From: Candidatus Hydrogenedentota bacterium
GTDB lineage: Bacteria; Hydrogenedentota; Hydrogenedentia; Hydrogenedentales; SLHB01
Assembly (NCBI GenBank): GCA_045863335.1
Contig: BTVY01000017.1
Location: 58,251 to 122,250 of the forward strand
Length of the DNA: 64,000 nucleotides
Direction: 5' to 3'
The notes below the pieces were generated by a model. It was not told the origin of the DNA and searched no databases. It saw nothing but the letters and a program-made list of their open reading frames with translations. The position numbers were made by a program, and so were the translations under genes. This document shows, piece after piece, positions 29,283-39,030 of this stretch (position 1 is the stretch's first letter; each line of letters starts with the position of its first letter).

Positions 29283-29963
29283 ATGATATTGCTCCAGGCG
29301 AACAATCTCAGAAAATCATTCCCAGGACCCGCGGGGCCCGTCCACGCCTTGGACGGCGTCTCGCTAACACTGAATGCAGGCGGTTTTATAGCCGTGAAGG
29401 GTCCGAGCGGTTGCGGGAAATCAACGCTGCTTTTCACACTTGGCGCCCTGCTTCGCCCTGACTCCGGCAGTCTCAGGCTGCTGGAGTCCGACCCATACGG
29501 TCTGACGAGCGACGCGCGCGCCCAATTGCGTGCGAGCACCATTGGTTTCGTCTTTCAACAGTTCCACCTGGCGCCCTACCTGACCGTGTTGGACAACGTC
29601 CGGGCGCCTGCCTTGGCATTGTCGTCAGGCGACTCTCTCACGCGGGCAAAGGAATTGGTAGAACAATTCGGCTTGACTCGTCGGGCAAGCCACGTGCCAT
29701 CCATGCTCAGTACCGGCGAACGCCAACGGACCGCGCTGGCCCGCGCGCTTCTGAACCGTCCCAAGATCCTCCTTGCCGATGAGCCGACGGGCAATCTGGA
29801 CGAGGACAACACCACGATCGTGTTGGAAGCGCTGAAGCAGTTCGCAGACCAAGGCGGAGGCGTTATCCTCGTGACACACGAAAGCCGCGCAAGCAATCAA
29901 GCGGGAACAATTCTGGAAATGCGCGACGGCCGGCTGGGTACGACCGCGGCAACCCTCGTCTAA
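29283..29963 (+). CDS. ABC transporter ATP-binding protein (LolD/MacB-like)
   Basis: GPSGCGKST, IGFVFQQFHL, LSTGERQR, LLADEPTGNLD, VTH. Confidence 0.92.
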   Translation: MILLQANNLRKSFPGPAGPVHALDGVSLTLNAGGFIAVKGPSGCGKSTLLFTLGALLRPDSGSLRLLESDPYGLTSDARAQLRASTIGFVFQQFHLAPYLTVLDNVRAPALALSSGDSLTRAKELVEQFGLTRRASHVPSMLSTGERQRTALARALLNRPKILLADEPTGNLDEDNTTIVLEALKQFADQGGGVILVTHESRASNQAGTILEMRDGRLGTTAATLV

Positions 29964-30011
29964 GCCCCATATCCGGGTGCGCAAGAACCCTACGTGTAAA
30001 CCGCGGCCACC

Positions 30012-30254
30012 TCAGTGGTCGCAGCAATTATCCGTGACTTCAAGCGCCCCCGCGATAGAGGAACGGGCGCTGGCGATCGGATCGGCCGACGCCGCGCCGA
30101 CGACAACCTGGATGCCGTGGCCTTGGAGCAGTTGCAGCGCGCGCTGGCCCATTCCGCCTGCGATAACGTGCGTTATTCCCTGGGTGTGCAGCCACGCCGG
30201 CAACACGCCCGGCTCGTGCGGCGGCGGGGTCGCGTATTGAGCTTCGGGGAACAA
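30012..30254 (-). pseudogene. C-terminal fragment of NifB/NifX-family (FeMo-cofactor-binding-like) protein
   Basis: PPPHEPGVLPAWL...VIAGGMGQRA...VVVGA...NCCDH. The expected N-terminal HFG-containing part and a convincing start are not seen upstream. Confidence 0.6.
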
Positions 30255-30445
30255 TTCACCGTCCCCATCGACCGCCTGCTACGGTCCGCCAGAACTCCAT
30301 CGTGTCCGTCAAAATAGGGTATCCCAAAACCCGAATTCCCATCCCCTCCGCCCAGAAGCAGGACGAAGAGGCCATTTCTACTTTGCACCGGGCGGACACT
30401 TTCCACTTGCGCCTGCCGAACAACCGCACGAACAACCGCACGGTC

Positions 30446-30474
30446 TTGACAAATCGATAGTAAAGTTCTATTCT
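30446..30474 (+). promoter_or_regulatory. Sigma70-type promoter for DegT-family gene
   Basis: TTGACA-17 nt-TATTCT, about 40 nt before the ORF. Confidence 0.6.
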
Positions 30475-30513
30475 AAACACCTGTGGGGGCCACGAAAGGG
30501 GCTGTGCCGGGCC

Positions 30514-31653
30514 ATGCCTGGAGGATCTGCGGTGGGGGTCCCATTTCTCGATCTTCAGTCCCAATACCAGTCTATCCGAGACGAAATCGCATCAACCATC
30601 CACGAAGTTCTTGAATCGTGTGCATTCGCCGGCGGACCGTACGTCGAACGATTCGAGCGCGAGTTTGCGACCTATTGCGGGAGACAGTTTGCAATCGGTG
30701 TCGGGAGCGGTACTGACGCCCTCTGGCTGGCGATGACCGCCTTGGGCGTGGGCCCCGAGGATGAGGTCATTACCATTCCTACCACTTTCTTTGCTACGGC
30801 TGAAGCAATCAGCCTGTGCGGGGCGAAACCTGTATTCGTTGATATCGACCCGTACACCTACACGATGCAACCGGAATTGCTAGAAGATGCCATTGGTCCT
30901 CGGACGAAGGCCATTGTGCCAGTCCACATGTTCGGGCAACCAACGGACATGGATCCCGTGTTGGAAGTTGCTGCCCGGCATGGACTCAGAGTAATTGAGG
31001 ACGCCTGCCAGGCACATGGTGCGGAGTACAATGGCCGCCGCGCAGGCTCGTTCGGAGACGCCGGATGTTTCAGCTTTTATCCGGGTAAGAACCTTGGTGC
31101 CTATGGTGAGGCCGGCGCTGTCGTTGTAGACGACGAAGCGTTGGCGCAAGTCCTCCGCACGTTGCGTGACCACGGACAGTCTCGAAAACACGACCACGTG
31201 CGCATTGGCTGGAACGCGCGCATGGATGGCATCCAGGGCGCGGTGCTGTCCGTGAAACTGAAGTATCTTGAATCATGGACGGACGCTCGTCGCCGCCACG
31301 CGCGTGAGTACTCCCGCGCGCTGGCGGAATTGGAGGAACTCGTACCACCATTCGAGGCCCCGAATGTCCGCCATGTCTACCACATTTACGCAATCCGTGC
31401 GTCAAATCGTGACCGATTGGCAGGCGCACTCCGTAGTGACGGAGTGCAATGTGCGATTCATTACCCGACACCAATTCATCTGCAGCCTGCATACCGGTGT
31501 CTCGGGTACGTGGAGAATAGCTTCCCGGTGGCGGAAGCATGCGCCGACGAGTTCTTGTCGTTGCCAATGTACCCCGAATTGGTCGAGTCGCAAATTGAAG
31601 AAGTTGTTTCATCGCTCAGTAGGCACCGTTCGGCAGTGGCACATCCAGCGTAG
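30514..31653 (+). CDS. DegT/DnrJ/EryC1/StrS PLP-dependent sugar aminotransferase
   Basis: VPFLDL, GSGTDAL, IEDACQAHGA, FSFYPGKNLGAYGEAG, LSLPMYPEL. Confidence 0.93.
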   Translation: MPGGSAVGVPFLDLQSQYQSIRDEIASTIHEVLESCAFAGGPYVERFEREFATYCGRQFAIGVGSGTDALWLAMTALGVGPEDEVITIPTTFFATAEAISLCGAKPVFVDIDPYTYTMQPELLEDAIGPRTKAIVPVHMFGQPTDMDPVLEVAARHGLRVIEDACQAHGAEYNGRRAGSFGDAGCFSFYPGKNLGAYGEAGAVVVDDEALAQVLRTLRDHGQSRKHDHVRIGWNARMDGIQGAVLSVKLKYLESWTDARRRHAREYSRALAELEELVPPFEAPNVRHVYHIYAIRASNRDRLAGALRSDGVQCAIHYPTPIHLQPAYRCLGYVENSFPVAEACADEFLSLPMYPELVESQIEEVVSSLSRHRSAVAHPA

Positions 31654-31737
31654 TCGACGCGGTGAGGAACTCACGAGTGCTTTCGTGTTTCATCGCCACG
31701 CACAGCGGTGACGCAACAATTGAAGGAGGGAAGAGTA

Positions 31738-32142
31738 ATGGTTCGCAAACAAATCACCGTCTTTCTACTTGTAGCGGGCTTTGTCGGGGTATTGGGCGCG
31801 TCTGCCTGCGAAATCGACATCAAACCCGGAAGCGATCCGAACACCATAAACATTTCGAGCAATGGAATGGTCGCGGTGGCGCTTTTCTCAATGGGCACGA
31901 TCTATGTGCCGAACTTCGTTGATTTCGACACAGTCGTATTCGCGGGTGCCGTGCCGGTGCGCTGGGGCCTTGAGGACGTGGACGGCGATGGGGTGGATGA
32001 TGCTGTATTCCACTTTGCAGTGCAGGAGCTGGACGTGGACGCAACAAGCACGTCAGCGTCGTTGACATTCTCGAACCTGTGGGGAAACCAGTATACATGC
32101 ACCGACACGGTGAGGATCGTCGACGCTAACGCCAAAAACTGA
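31738..32142 (+). CDS. Small exported protein (IDIKPGSDPN / DVDGDG Ca-binding-like motif)
   Basis: AAGGAGG RBS, signal peptide, EDVDGDGVDD motif. Confidence 0.65.
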   Translation: MVRKQITVFLLVAGFVGVLGASACEIDIKPGSDPNTINISSNGMVAVALFSMGTIYVPNFVDFDTVVFAGAVPVRWGLEDVDGDGVDDAVFHFAVQELDVDATSTSASLTFSNLWGNQYTCTDTVRIVDANAKN

Positions 32143-32318
32143 GGCGCGCACGTGCATGCCAACATCTCGAAAACTTTAGGTGTGATCCAAGTTAAAAGCA
32201 CGGGGAACCAGCCCGCCAGACCAGTCCCGCCGTGCTTTCCAGACCTCTCCGTCGCGCTTGATGGTACCGGTGCGAACAGGCGGTCAGAAAGTGACTTGCC
32301 ACATTAGTGCTTCTTCCG

Positions 32319-33008
32319 CTACCCCCCGTTTCCTGACTGCACACGCACCGTTGTGCTTCGAAGTATCCGCGCAGGATTTCCCGCGACGACGGCATTGGGC
32401 GGTACGTCTCGCGTGACCACGCTTCCCGCCCCAACCATGGCGCCTTGGCCCACGGTTACACCACACAAGATCGTCGCTCCCGAACCGATGGATGCGCCCT
32501 CGCATATTCGGGTTGGGATGCATTCCCAATCCACTTCAGTTTGAGGCCGGCCATCATCGCAGGTTGCGCGCGGGTACGCGTCGTTAATGAATGTCACGCC
32601 GTGGCCAATGAAAACATTGTTCTCGATGGTTACGCCTTCGCAAATGAAGGTGTGACTTGAGATCTTACAGCTCCTTCCGATTCGGACCCCTTTCTGAATC
32701 TCAACAAACGTGCCGATTCGGCTGTCATCCCCAATCTGACATCCATAGAGATTGACGAAGTCCCGCAGGACAACCCGCTCGCCAATCTCCACATCCGGCG
32801 CGATGACCTGCCGACTGCCGCGCGCAATTGCGGGCGCCCCCGGTCGACTCGATGGAATCGTTGGACCGTTTGATTTCCAAATCGTGGGCGGCGATGTCAA
32901 GTGAAGCAGAGGCGAGTCCAATTGAGTCTTCGCACCCCGCGAAACCGCCCAAACAGAAATGATCCCTCGAAACAACCCGGTCGAACGGCGTCGGGCTAAT
33001 GTAAACAT
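32319..33008 (-). CDS. Hexapeptide-repeat sugar N-acetyltransferase (WbpD/FdtC-like)
   Basis: NLYGCQIGDDSRIGTFVEIQKG, KISSHTFICEGV, GASIGSGATI, GAGSVVTRDVP...AGNPAR; AGGAGG RBS. Confidence 0.85.
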   Translation of the reverse strand: MFTLARRRSTGLFRGIISVWAVSRGAKTQLDSPLLHLTSPPTIWKSNGPTIPSSRPGAPAIARGSRQVIAPDVEIGERVVLRDFVNLYGCQIGDDSRIGTFVEIQKGVRIGRSCKISSHTFICEGVTIENNVFIGHGVTFINDAYPRATCDDGRPQTEVDWECIPTRICEGASIGSGATILCGVTVGQGAMVGAGSVVTRDVPPNAVVAGNPARILRSTTVRVQSGNGG

Positions 33009-33468
33009 GATTCCTCCTTCGTACGAACCGATACACCATCTGCGTCATACTCCACATCAGGACACGGCCTCCCGGCTTTGGCAAACGCCCGCTCGTACGC
33101 CAAGCACAGGGGTCGCTTCGAATGCTGCCACGAAAGAGATTGCCGGATACGGGCGAGACCCCGCGCGCCCAGCGTCGCGCGAAGCGACGGGTTGTCCAGC
33201 AGGTGCGCGATCGAATCGCCAAACGCACGATAGTCGTTCCCCGGAGCGTACAGCGCAGCGTCCGCGGCGGAGGCGCGGGTCTCAACCAATTCAAATGCCA
33301 CGACAGGCTTGCCCACTGCCATATACTCCATCGTCTTATTCATCGTCGAGACATCATTGAGCGGATTCTTCGGATCGGGGCACACACAAACGTCTGCCGT
33401 AGACAAGGCCTCAAGAAGTGCTTCGTCCGGCACGCGGCCCGTGAACGTCACGCGGTCTTCCAGGTCTA
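32996..33468 (-). pseudogene. 3' remnant of family-4 glycosyltransferase truncated at IS630 end
   Basis: LDLEDRVTFTGRVPD...ADVCVCPDP...STMNKTMEYMAVGKPVVAF; the reading frame runs straight into the IS left end. Confidence 0.8.
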
Positions 33469-34636
33469 AATAGCCTGTGATCGAATTCGATCAAATGTAA
33501 TGAGAGAAGCCCCAAGGGTTTATACTTTTCGTGTTCGAAGCGAAGGTAACAAACCCAGGGAGCTTCTCCACATGAAGATACGCGTTCAGCTTGGTACGGA
33601 GCAACACTATGAGATCGCGAAGATGATGCAGAAGACTAAGAGCCGGGTCGAGGCACTTCGATGCCGCATCATTTTGTTGTTGGCTGACGGCGAATCTCCC
33701 GGCGAAGTTCAGAAACGCGCGGGCTGTGTACGTTCCACGATCTATACCACGTTGTATCGCTTTGAGGACGAAGGTATTGATGGTCTTCGGGATAAGCGCC
33801 TGTGCCCGCCGGCACGTAAGGCCACTCCAGAGGTACGAGAACAATTGCTGGTTTATCTGGAGAAGGTTCCCAAAGACTACGGATGGCGACCAAGCAGTTG
33901 GACCTTGGAACTGCTGTCGCTCCAACTGAAGGAAGATACGGGCGTCGAGATTTCGCCGTCTCATCTTCGCCAAGTGCTTAAACAAGAGAAATGCCGCCGC
34001 GGACGCCCACGACCGGCACTGCAGATGCCTGTGCGGGGAAGGCAGGAAATCCTTCGCAATATTGAGCGATTGGTGGAGCGGGCAGGACCCGACGAAGAAG
34101 TCGTGTACGTGGATGAAGCCGACATCGACCTGAACCCGCGCATTGGCTTGACCTATATGAAGCCAGGACAACAGCAACTCGTTCTCACGCCGGGCAAGAA
34201 CGTCAAGTACTACATTGCCGGCGCGTTGAACTCCCGCACGGGCCGCATTCTCTATAGCCATGGCACGCGCAAGAACTCCACACTGTTAATCGATCTGCTT
34301 CGAGTACTCAACAACGCGTACCGCCGGGCACGGCAAATTCAGGTTATCCTTGACAACTACGTCATTCATAAATCGCAGGTTACCCATAAGGCTCTCGAAG
34401 CGGTGCCGAGAATCCAACTGCACTTCCTGCCACCTTACTCACCGGAACATAACCCCACTGAGAGGCTATGGAAGCAGATGCACGACAACGTGACCCGCAA
34501 CCATCGCCATCCCATAATGCAAGCGCTATGGGCGGATGTAACAACGTTCCTCGAAGATGTGCAGCCATTCCCGGGCACAAAAGTTTCTGTGCAAAGAGCA
34601 GTTGCATAAAATGTCCGAGAACAATCACAAGCTATT
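33469..34636 (+). mobile_element. IS630-family insertion sequence
   Basis: Imperfect terminal inverted repeats AATAGCCTGTGAT / ATCACAAGCTATT flank a DDE transposase; TA immediately left. Confidence 0.85.
33572..34609 (+). CDS. IS630-family transposase
   Basis: N-terminal HTH (RFEDEGIDGLRDK, WTLELL); DDE motifs YVDEAD, ILDNYVIHKS, LPPYSPEHNPTERLW. Confidence 0.93.
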   Translation: MKIRVQLGTEQHYEIAKMMQKTKSRVEALRCRIILLLADGESPGEVQKRAGCVRSTIYTTLYRFEDEGIDGLRDKRLCPPARKATPEVREQLLVYLEKVPKDYGWRPSSWTLELLSLQLKEDTGVEISPSHLRQVLKQEKCRRGRPRPALQMPVRGRQEILRNIERLVERAGPDEEVVYVDEADIDLNPRIGLTYMKPGQQQLVLTPGKNVKYYIAGALNSRTGRILYSHGTRKNSTLLIDLLRVLNNAYRRARQIQVILDNYVIHKSQVTHKALEAVPRIQLHFLPPYSPEHNPTERLWKQMHDNVTRNHRHPIMQALWADVTTFLEDVQPFPGTKVSVQRAVA

Positions 34637-34745
34637 CAGCCCGCTTAACTCACCGCTCGAAGGACATCGATTGATGCGAATCATCTCGCGTGACAGTTAG
34701 AAATCCGGGATCAGGCCGCGGTAACGGATATCGCAAACCTCCGCC

Positions 34746-36044
34746 CTACCGCGTCGCGGGCTGGGTCCACGCTTGTTCCTTTTCGCCTTCAAGGGGGACG
34801 TTGTCTTTCAATTTGGACGAGACGATGTGTGCGCGCACGTACAACTCGTCGCCCTGGAACCGGTAGACAGCGGGGTTATCTGTGGTCTCCAACAACACCT
34901 CGCCGATGTCTTCAGAGTATTTCGCAGTGACGTTCGTCAATTCCTTTCCATCCGCATCGGCTCGCGGAGTGGCGGTGCGGTCGAAGCCTTTTCGGGTGCC
35001 GATGAACCGTGTCGTGTACGTGACGCCCGCTTCTTCCTGAATGCGCACTTCGTACTGCTCCGCGTTGTATGCGACCTCGCCCAGGAGAACACCTGTGGTG
35101 GCATAGAAATGGCCGTCTTGCATCGCTTCGATGAGGGTGTTTGTTTCGAGTTCCTTCGCGAGCACCATAATCCAGCCACGGCCTGCATTGGAATTGCCCG
35201 GCTTCCATTCGTAGTACTCATGGGTATCGTCAGTGGCGAGGCCGTAAAGCACGGCGCCGGGGCCGGCGTCGAGCCGGAGCGTAAGGGCGATATCCCAGAG
35301 GCGGTCGCAGGAAACGCGTTGTTGCTCCTCACGGCCCGCGTTGTAAACGGCCGGATGACCGTTGTAGACCTCGAAGAACCGCTCTTCACGAACCGCCGCG
35401 ATGTCCTCGGCGCGAACACCCGCGTCGAAATTCGGATGGTTCAGATGGACGAGCATGGGCACGCCATAACGCTCGCTCTGTGCGGCCACCTGGTCGACGG
35501 CCATCTGGATGGCCTGGACCATGGGAACCTCGTGTCCCGGCCAGATTAACTCGCGCGTATTGAGCGCATTCAAGTGCAGACCGGGAACGAAGCCGGTGAC
35601 TTCCTCGCCAGGAATGAGCACGAACTCGCCAGGCGATTCAAAATGGGCCTTCAACTCCGGAAGCGCTTTCAATTTCATGTACGTGCGGCCGTTGATTTCT
35701 TTTTCCTCAACCCACTTGTCTCCGAAGGAAGTTTTTATCTCGGCCACGCGCTCGGCCGTGACGTACGTATCCGCGTGAACGGGCATGTACCGCGCCGCGG
35801 AACCGTCATTCATGATGTTGTGGTCGGACAAGCATAGAAAATCGTAGCCGTGGTGTTTGTACCAGCCGACGAGCAACTCGGGAGCCATGTCGCCATCGCT
35901 CCACAGCGTGTGGCAGTGCGTATTGCCCTTGTACCATTGCAGGCCGTCGCCCGCGCGCAATGCCATTTCGGTCTGTGCCGAAAGCGCGGGAAGGAACGCC
36001 GCGGCGGCCACACCCAGCACGACAAGAAGCGACCGGATTCTCAT
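34746..36044 (-). CDS. Secreted PHP-domain metallohydrolase
   Basis: Signal peptide; WYKGNTHCHTLWSDGD, LSDHN, GEEV, NHPN, EVYNGH, ATDDTH. Confidence 0.8.
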   Translation of the reverse strand: MRIRSLLVVLGVAAAAFLPALSAQTEMALRAGDGLQWYKGNTHCHTLWSDGDMAPELLVGWYKHHGYDFLCLSDHNIMNDGSAARYMPVHADTYVTAERVAEIKTSFGDKWVEEKEINGRTYMKLKALPELKAHFESPGEFVLIPGEEVTGFVPGLHLNALNTRELIWPGHEVPMVQAIQMAVDQVAAQSERYGVPMLVHLNHPNFDAGVRAEDIAAVREERFFEVYNGHPAVYNAGREEQQRVSCDRLWDIALTLRLDAGPGAVLYGLATDDTHEYYEWKPGNSNAGRGWIMVLAKELETNTLIEAMQDGHFYATTGVLLGEVAYNAEQYEVRIQEEAGVTYTTRFIGTRKGFDRTATPRADADGKELTNVTAKYSEDIGEVLLETTDNPAVYRFQGDELYVRAHIVSSKLKDNVPLEGEKEQAWTQPATR

Positions 36045-36380
36045 TGTTGACAACTCCCTGGCGGTACCGAACAGTTCTTCAGGTTGCAGCGAGTACGCAG
36101 CAGCGCCTGATCCTTTGGTGGCGTCTGGTCCCGTTGACGCGCAAGATACGGTACCACATATTGCCAGCGTGACGTTGATTTCGAAACCGTTGATTTCGAA
36201 ACCGGCACCCGCGACCCGTCCTTTCTGCACCGGCTTTCTCCTCGTCAAAATCGCAAAGAACCTGCGGCCACGTTTTGCGGGACACGTGCATGAGCCCCCA
36301 AAAAAAGATGGCGTCCTCCGCGAGCGTGTGTGTCGCTCTGCGGGAGCGCTACCGCGTTACAGTTCCCTTGCCTGTAGTTT

Positions 36381-38750
36381 CTAACGTTCGGACGACGCGG
36401 TCAGTTCGTAGATTCTCCCGGAACCAGTCTCGAAATGCAGTTTCCCGTCCTCCTTAGATACGGCGACTTCCGTCCCGCTCGTCGCGTCTGCCACAATCCC
36501 GTCCCGGCCGGGCCACGGCACGTGAACGGTACAGGCGTTTCCCGCCAGGGACTGGATCGTGATGTCGTAGGGTCCGCGCGCGTCGTGTTTCGCGCTCACG
36601 ACGAACGCACCCTGTGCGCCAAGATTCTCGAATCCGCCTTCAAAATCTTCGGGCACGGCGGGGAACAACCGAATCACCCCCGTGTGGGACTGGAGCAGGT
36701 TCTCCACGTTCATACCGTCTTCCGGTTTGTGAATGCCGAGCCGCCGCCGCACGGTCTTGAGATAGCCCTGATGCGGTTCCCATACGTCGATCTGTTCCAG
36801 CGTGCGCTTCGCCAATTCGACCTGATCCGCCGGTGAGTCCAGCCCGATATCGTCACCCCAGAACACCGCCGTCAGCGGCACGGCGATGTTGTATTCCATG
36901 GGCTCAGCTCCGGCCACGTCGATGTAGATTGGTCCTTCGGGCGTATCCACGGTGGGGTACTCCGGCATGCGTTCGGCGATGGACTGCCACTCAGATGCTA
37001 CGTCCTGGTCCACATTCAGGATCGCCGCCGCCCGAGCCGCCGCTCGGAGATGATAACGAATGAGGGTGATTCCGGATTGCGTATTCTTGTTCAACGCGAG
37101 ATCTTTGGTGATGCCGCGATGCTCCGGCGAGACGGTGGGGAAGACGTGATACAGGCCGTCGTCTTCCAGTTTCAAATAGTCCGCATAGAAGCGAGCGCCT
37201 TCACGGAGTACGGGGTATGCCTGCGTGGCGAGAAAGTCCTTGTCCCACGTGTACAAGAAACGCAGCCAGAACGGCCGGGCCAGCAAGGCCGTAATCTCCA
37301 TGCTCTGTTCCCAAGTCACGCTGGTGTGGATCACGGATTCGGCCTTCAACGGATAATGCACGAGCGGGTACATGGCGCCGGCACAGCCATAAACCTCCCG
37401 CGCGTTCATCTGCGCCATGGGTAGCATGGTCTGAATCATGCGGAAGTACGGATCGAGCCAGTCAAACTGCCGTTGTATGCTCGGGACCGTGGCGTCGACC
37501 TCGTTGAGATGAAAATCGCCGTGCCACCGTCCCGAATCCTGAAAACAAAACTTCGTGCTGTCCACAGAGCAGAGGGGAACATCGCCGTAGTACCCCGCCG
37601 GACGCACGCGATACGGAATGCCGCCCCACGGCATATCTAAGGCAATTGAGCCGTCGGCAGACCACGCCCGGGCATGAGGCCTATCTTCGTACGCGTCAAG
37701 TTGCGCATTGTGCTCGTCCCACAAGTACGCCGTGCCGGGTTTGGCCGCTTTCTCCAGTTCAACCTTCGCCCGATTCAGCGGATCGGGATCGTCCTGCGTC
37801 GTTACAATGGAAATCAACAACGAAAACGCACCATCGATTGCGGGAAGGGTCGCCGTCGCCGCCGCGCCGGGGGCCTCGTTTATGGGCGTGTGCCGTTTGA
37901 ACAGAATGGGGCTGAGTTGTCCTTCCTCCGGCGCGATCATCGGTGTGCCGAGGTGACGCTCGCCCTCAGCGACATCGTATGCAGCGTCCGTACCACTGAG
38001 TCGCCCTGCGAATACCACCTGGAACCCGTTTGGAAATGTCATCTCGGCAGGAAAATCCTGGCTCACCCAGAATGCGCCGTCATCCGTCCCCGCGGCCGGC
38101 GCCGGCAACGGCTCGAAATCAGTAGCCGCGTTGTCCTTGTTGAGCGTCGGATGAAGATCGCCTCCCGGTACGATCGTGTCCCGGTGTCGCCAGAGTCGAA
38201 TCGCAACGTCCCCGGCCTCGAGCGCGACTCCCTCGCCGTCGATTGCGATTAGGTTTCGCACGGCGCTGACAAAGATCCGCAGCTCGAGACGCTTCGGTCC
38301 GTTCTTGGCTATGAGCGTTGTCGCGCGGTCGCCTCGCTCCGTCGTAACCGACCCGCCCTCCTTGAGAAACGGCAGTTTCAGGATTGCCTGTCCCACCGGT
38401 TTGGGGCAGGGGATGTCGTAGGAGTTGTACCCCGTGTAATAGGCTCTACCGTTGATCAGCTCGGGATCGCCCGCCCGGGCCATCCGCTCCATATCCGCCG
38501 CAGTCAGGACTGGCCGCTCTGTCGGTGGCAGGCGCCGATCCCAAACGTCGCTCTTTCCGATACTCAGTGTGGGGCACTCGTCGGGCCCCCAGAGGATCAC
38601 GCCAACGTCGTCATTGCTCATCCGAAGCTCGCCCGGCTCCAGGCCGAGCGTTGAACGCGACGCCTCCGCATCTTGAGCTCCTATGGCGGTGGTGTGAATG
38701 ACCCCGGCCATCAGGAAACACCATGCCAGTGAACGTGCAATGCGCTCCAT
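36381..38750 (-). CDS. GH95-like (alpha/alpha)6 glycoside hydrolase
   Basis: WHGDFHLNE, YPVLREGARF, PTVSPEH, LLQSHTGVIRLFPAVP, GAQGAFVVSA. Confidence 0.7.
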   Translation of the reverse strand: MERIARSLAWCFLMAGVIHTTAIGAQDAEASRSTLGLEPGELRMSNDDVGVILWGPDECPTLSIGKSDVWDRRLPPTERPVLTAADMERMARAGDPELINGRAYYTGYNSYDIPCPKPVGQAILKLPFLKEGGSVTTERGDRATTLIAKNGPKRLELRIFVSAVRNLIAIDGEGVALEAGDVAIRLWRHRDTIVPGGDLHPTLNKDNAATDFEPLPAPAAGTDDGAFWVSQDFPAEMTFPNGFQVVFAGRLSGTDAAYDVAEGERHLGTPMIAPEEGQLSPILFKRHTPINEAPGAAATATLPAIDGAFSLLISIVTTQDDPDPLNRAKVELEKAAKPGTAYLWDEHNAQLDAYEDRPHARAWSADGSIALDMPWGGIPYRVRPAGYYGDVPLCSVDSTKFCFQDSGRWHGDFHLNEVDATVPSIQRQFDWLDPYFRMIQTMLPMAQMNAREVYGCAGAMYPLVHYPLKAESVIHTSVTWEQSMEITALLARPFWLRFLYTWDKDFLATQAYPVLREGARFYADYLKLEDDGLYHVFPTVSPEHRGITKDLALNKNTQSGITLIRYHLRAAARAAAILNVDQDVASEWQSIAERMPEYPTVDTPEGPIYIDVAGAEPMEYNIAVPLTAVFWGDDIGLDSPADQVELAKRTLEQIDVWEPHQGYLKTVRRRLGIHKPEDGMNVENLLQSHTGVIRLFPAVPEDFEGGFENLGAQGAFVVSAKHDARGPYDITIQSLAGNACTVHVPWPGRDGIVADATSGTEVAVSKEDGKLHFETGSGRIYELTASSER

Positions 38751-39030
38751 CGAGCCCTCCCGCTTCGCGTTGTATTACCGAGTGTCGTTGCATCGTCAAT
38801 GTACGTGCGGCGCTTCGGCAATGCAAAGCACGATTCATCGTCAACACGTATATTCACACGCCGTATGAGTATCCTAAAGGATCAGACCCCTGAGCTGATT
38901 CGCATGGCCTCTTGAAGACCCAGCCGCAAACGGGCAGAATCTCTCTGTTATCTCGTAGCGTGGATTCTGACGTCTTCGCTTCGCGCACTGTCGCGGCGAG
39001 ACCGGCGAACCCAAATGGGGGAGAAGCATT

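Noticed and set aside
33491-34261. 256-aa minus-strand ORF inside the IS
   Set aside because: Antisense shadow of the IS630 transposase with no domain motif.
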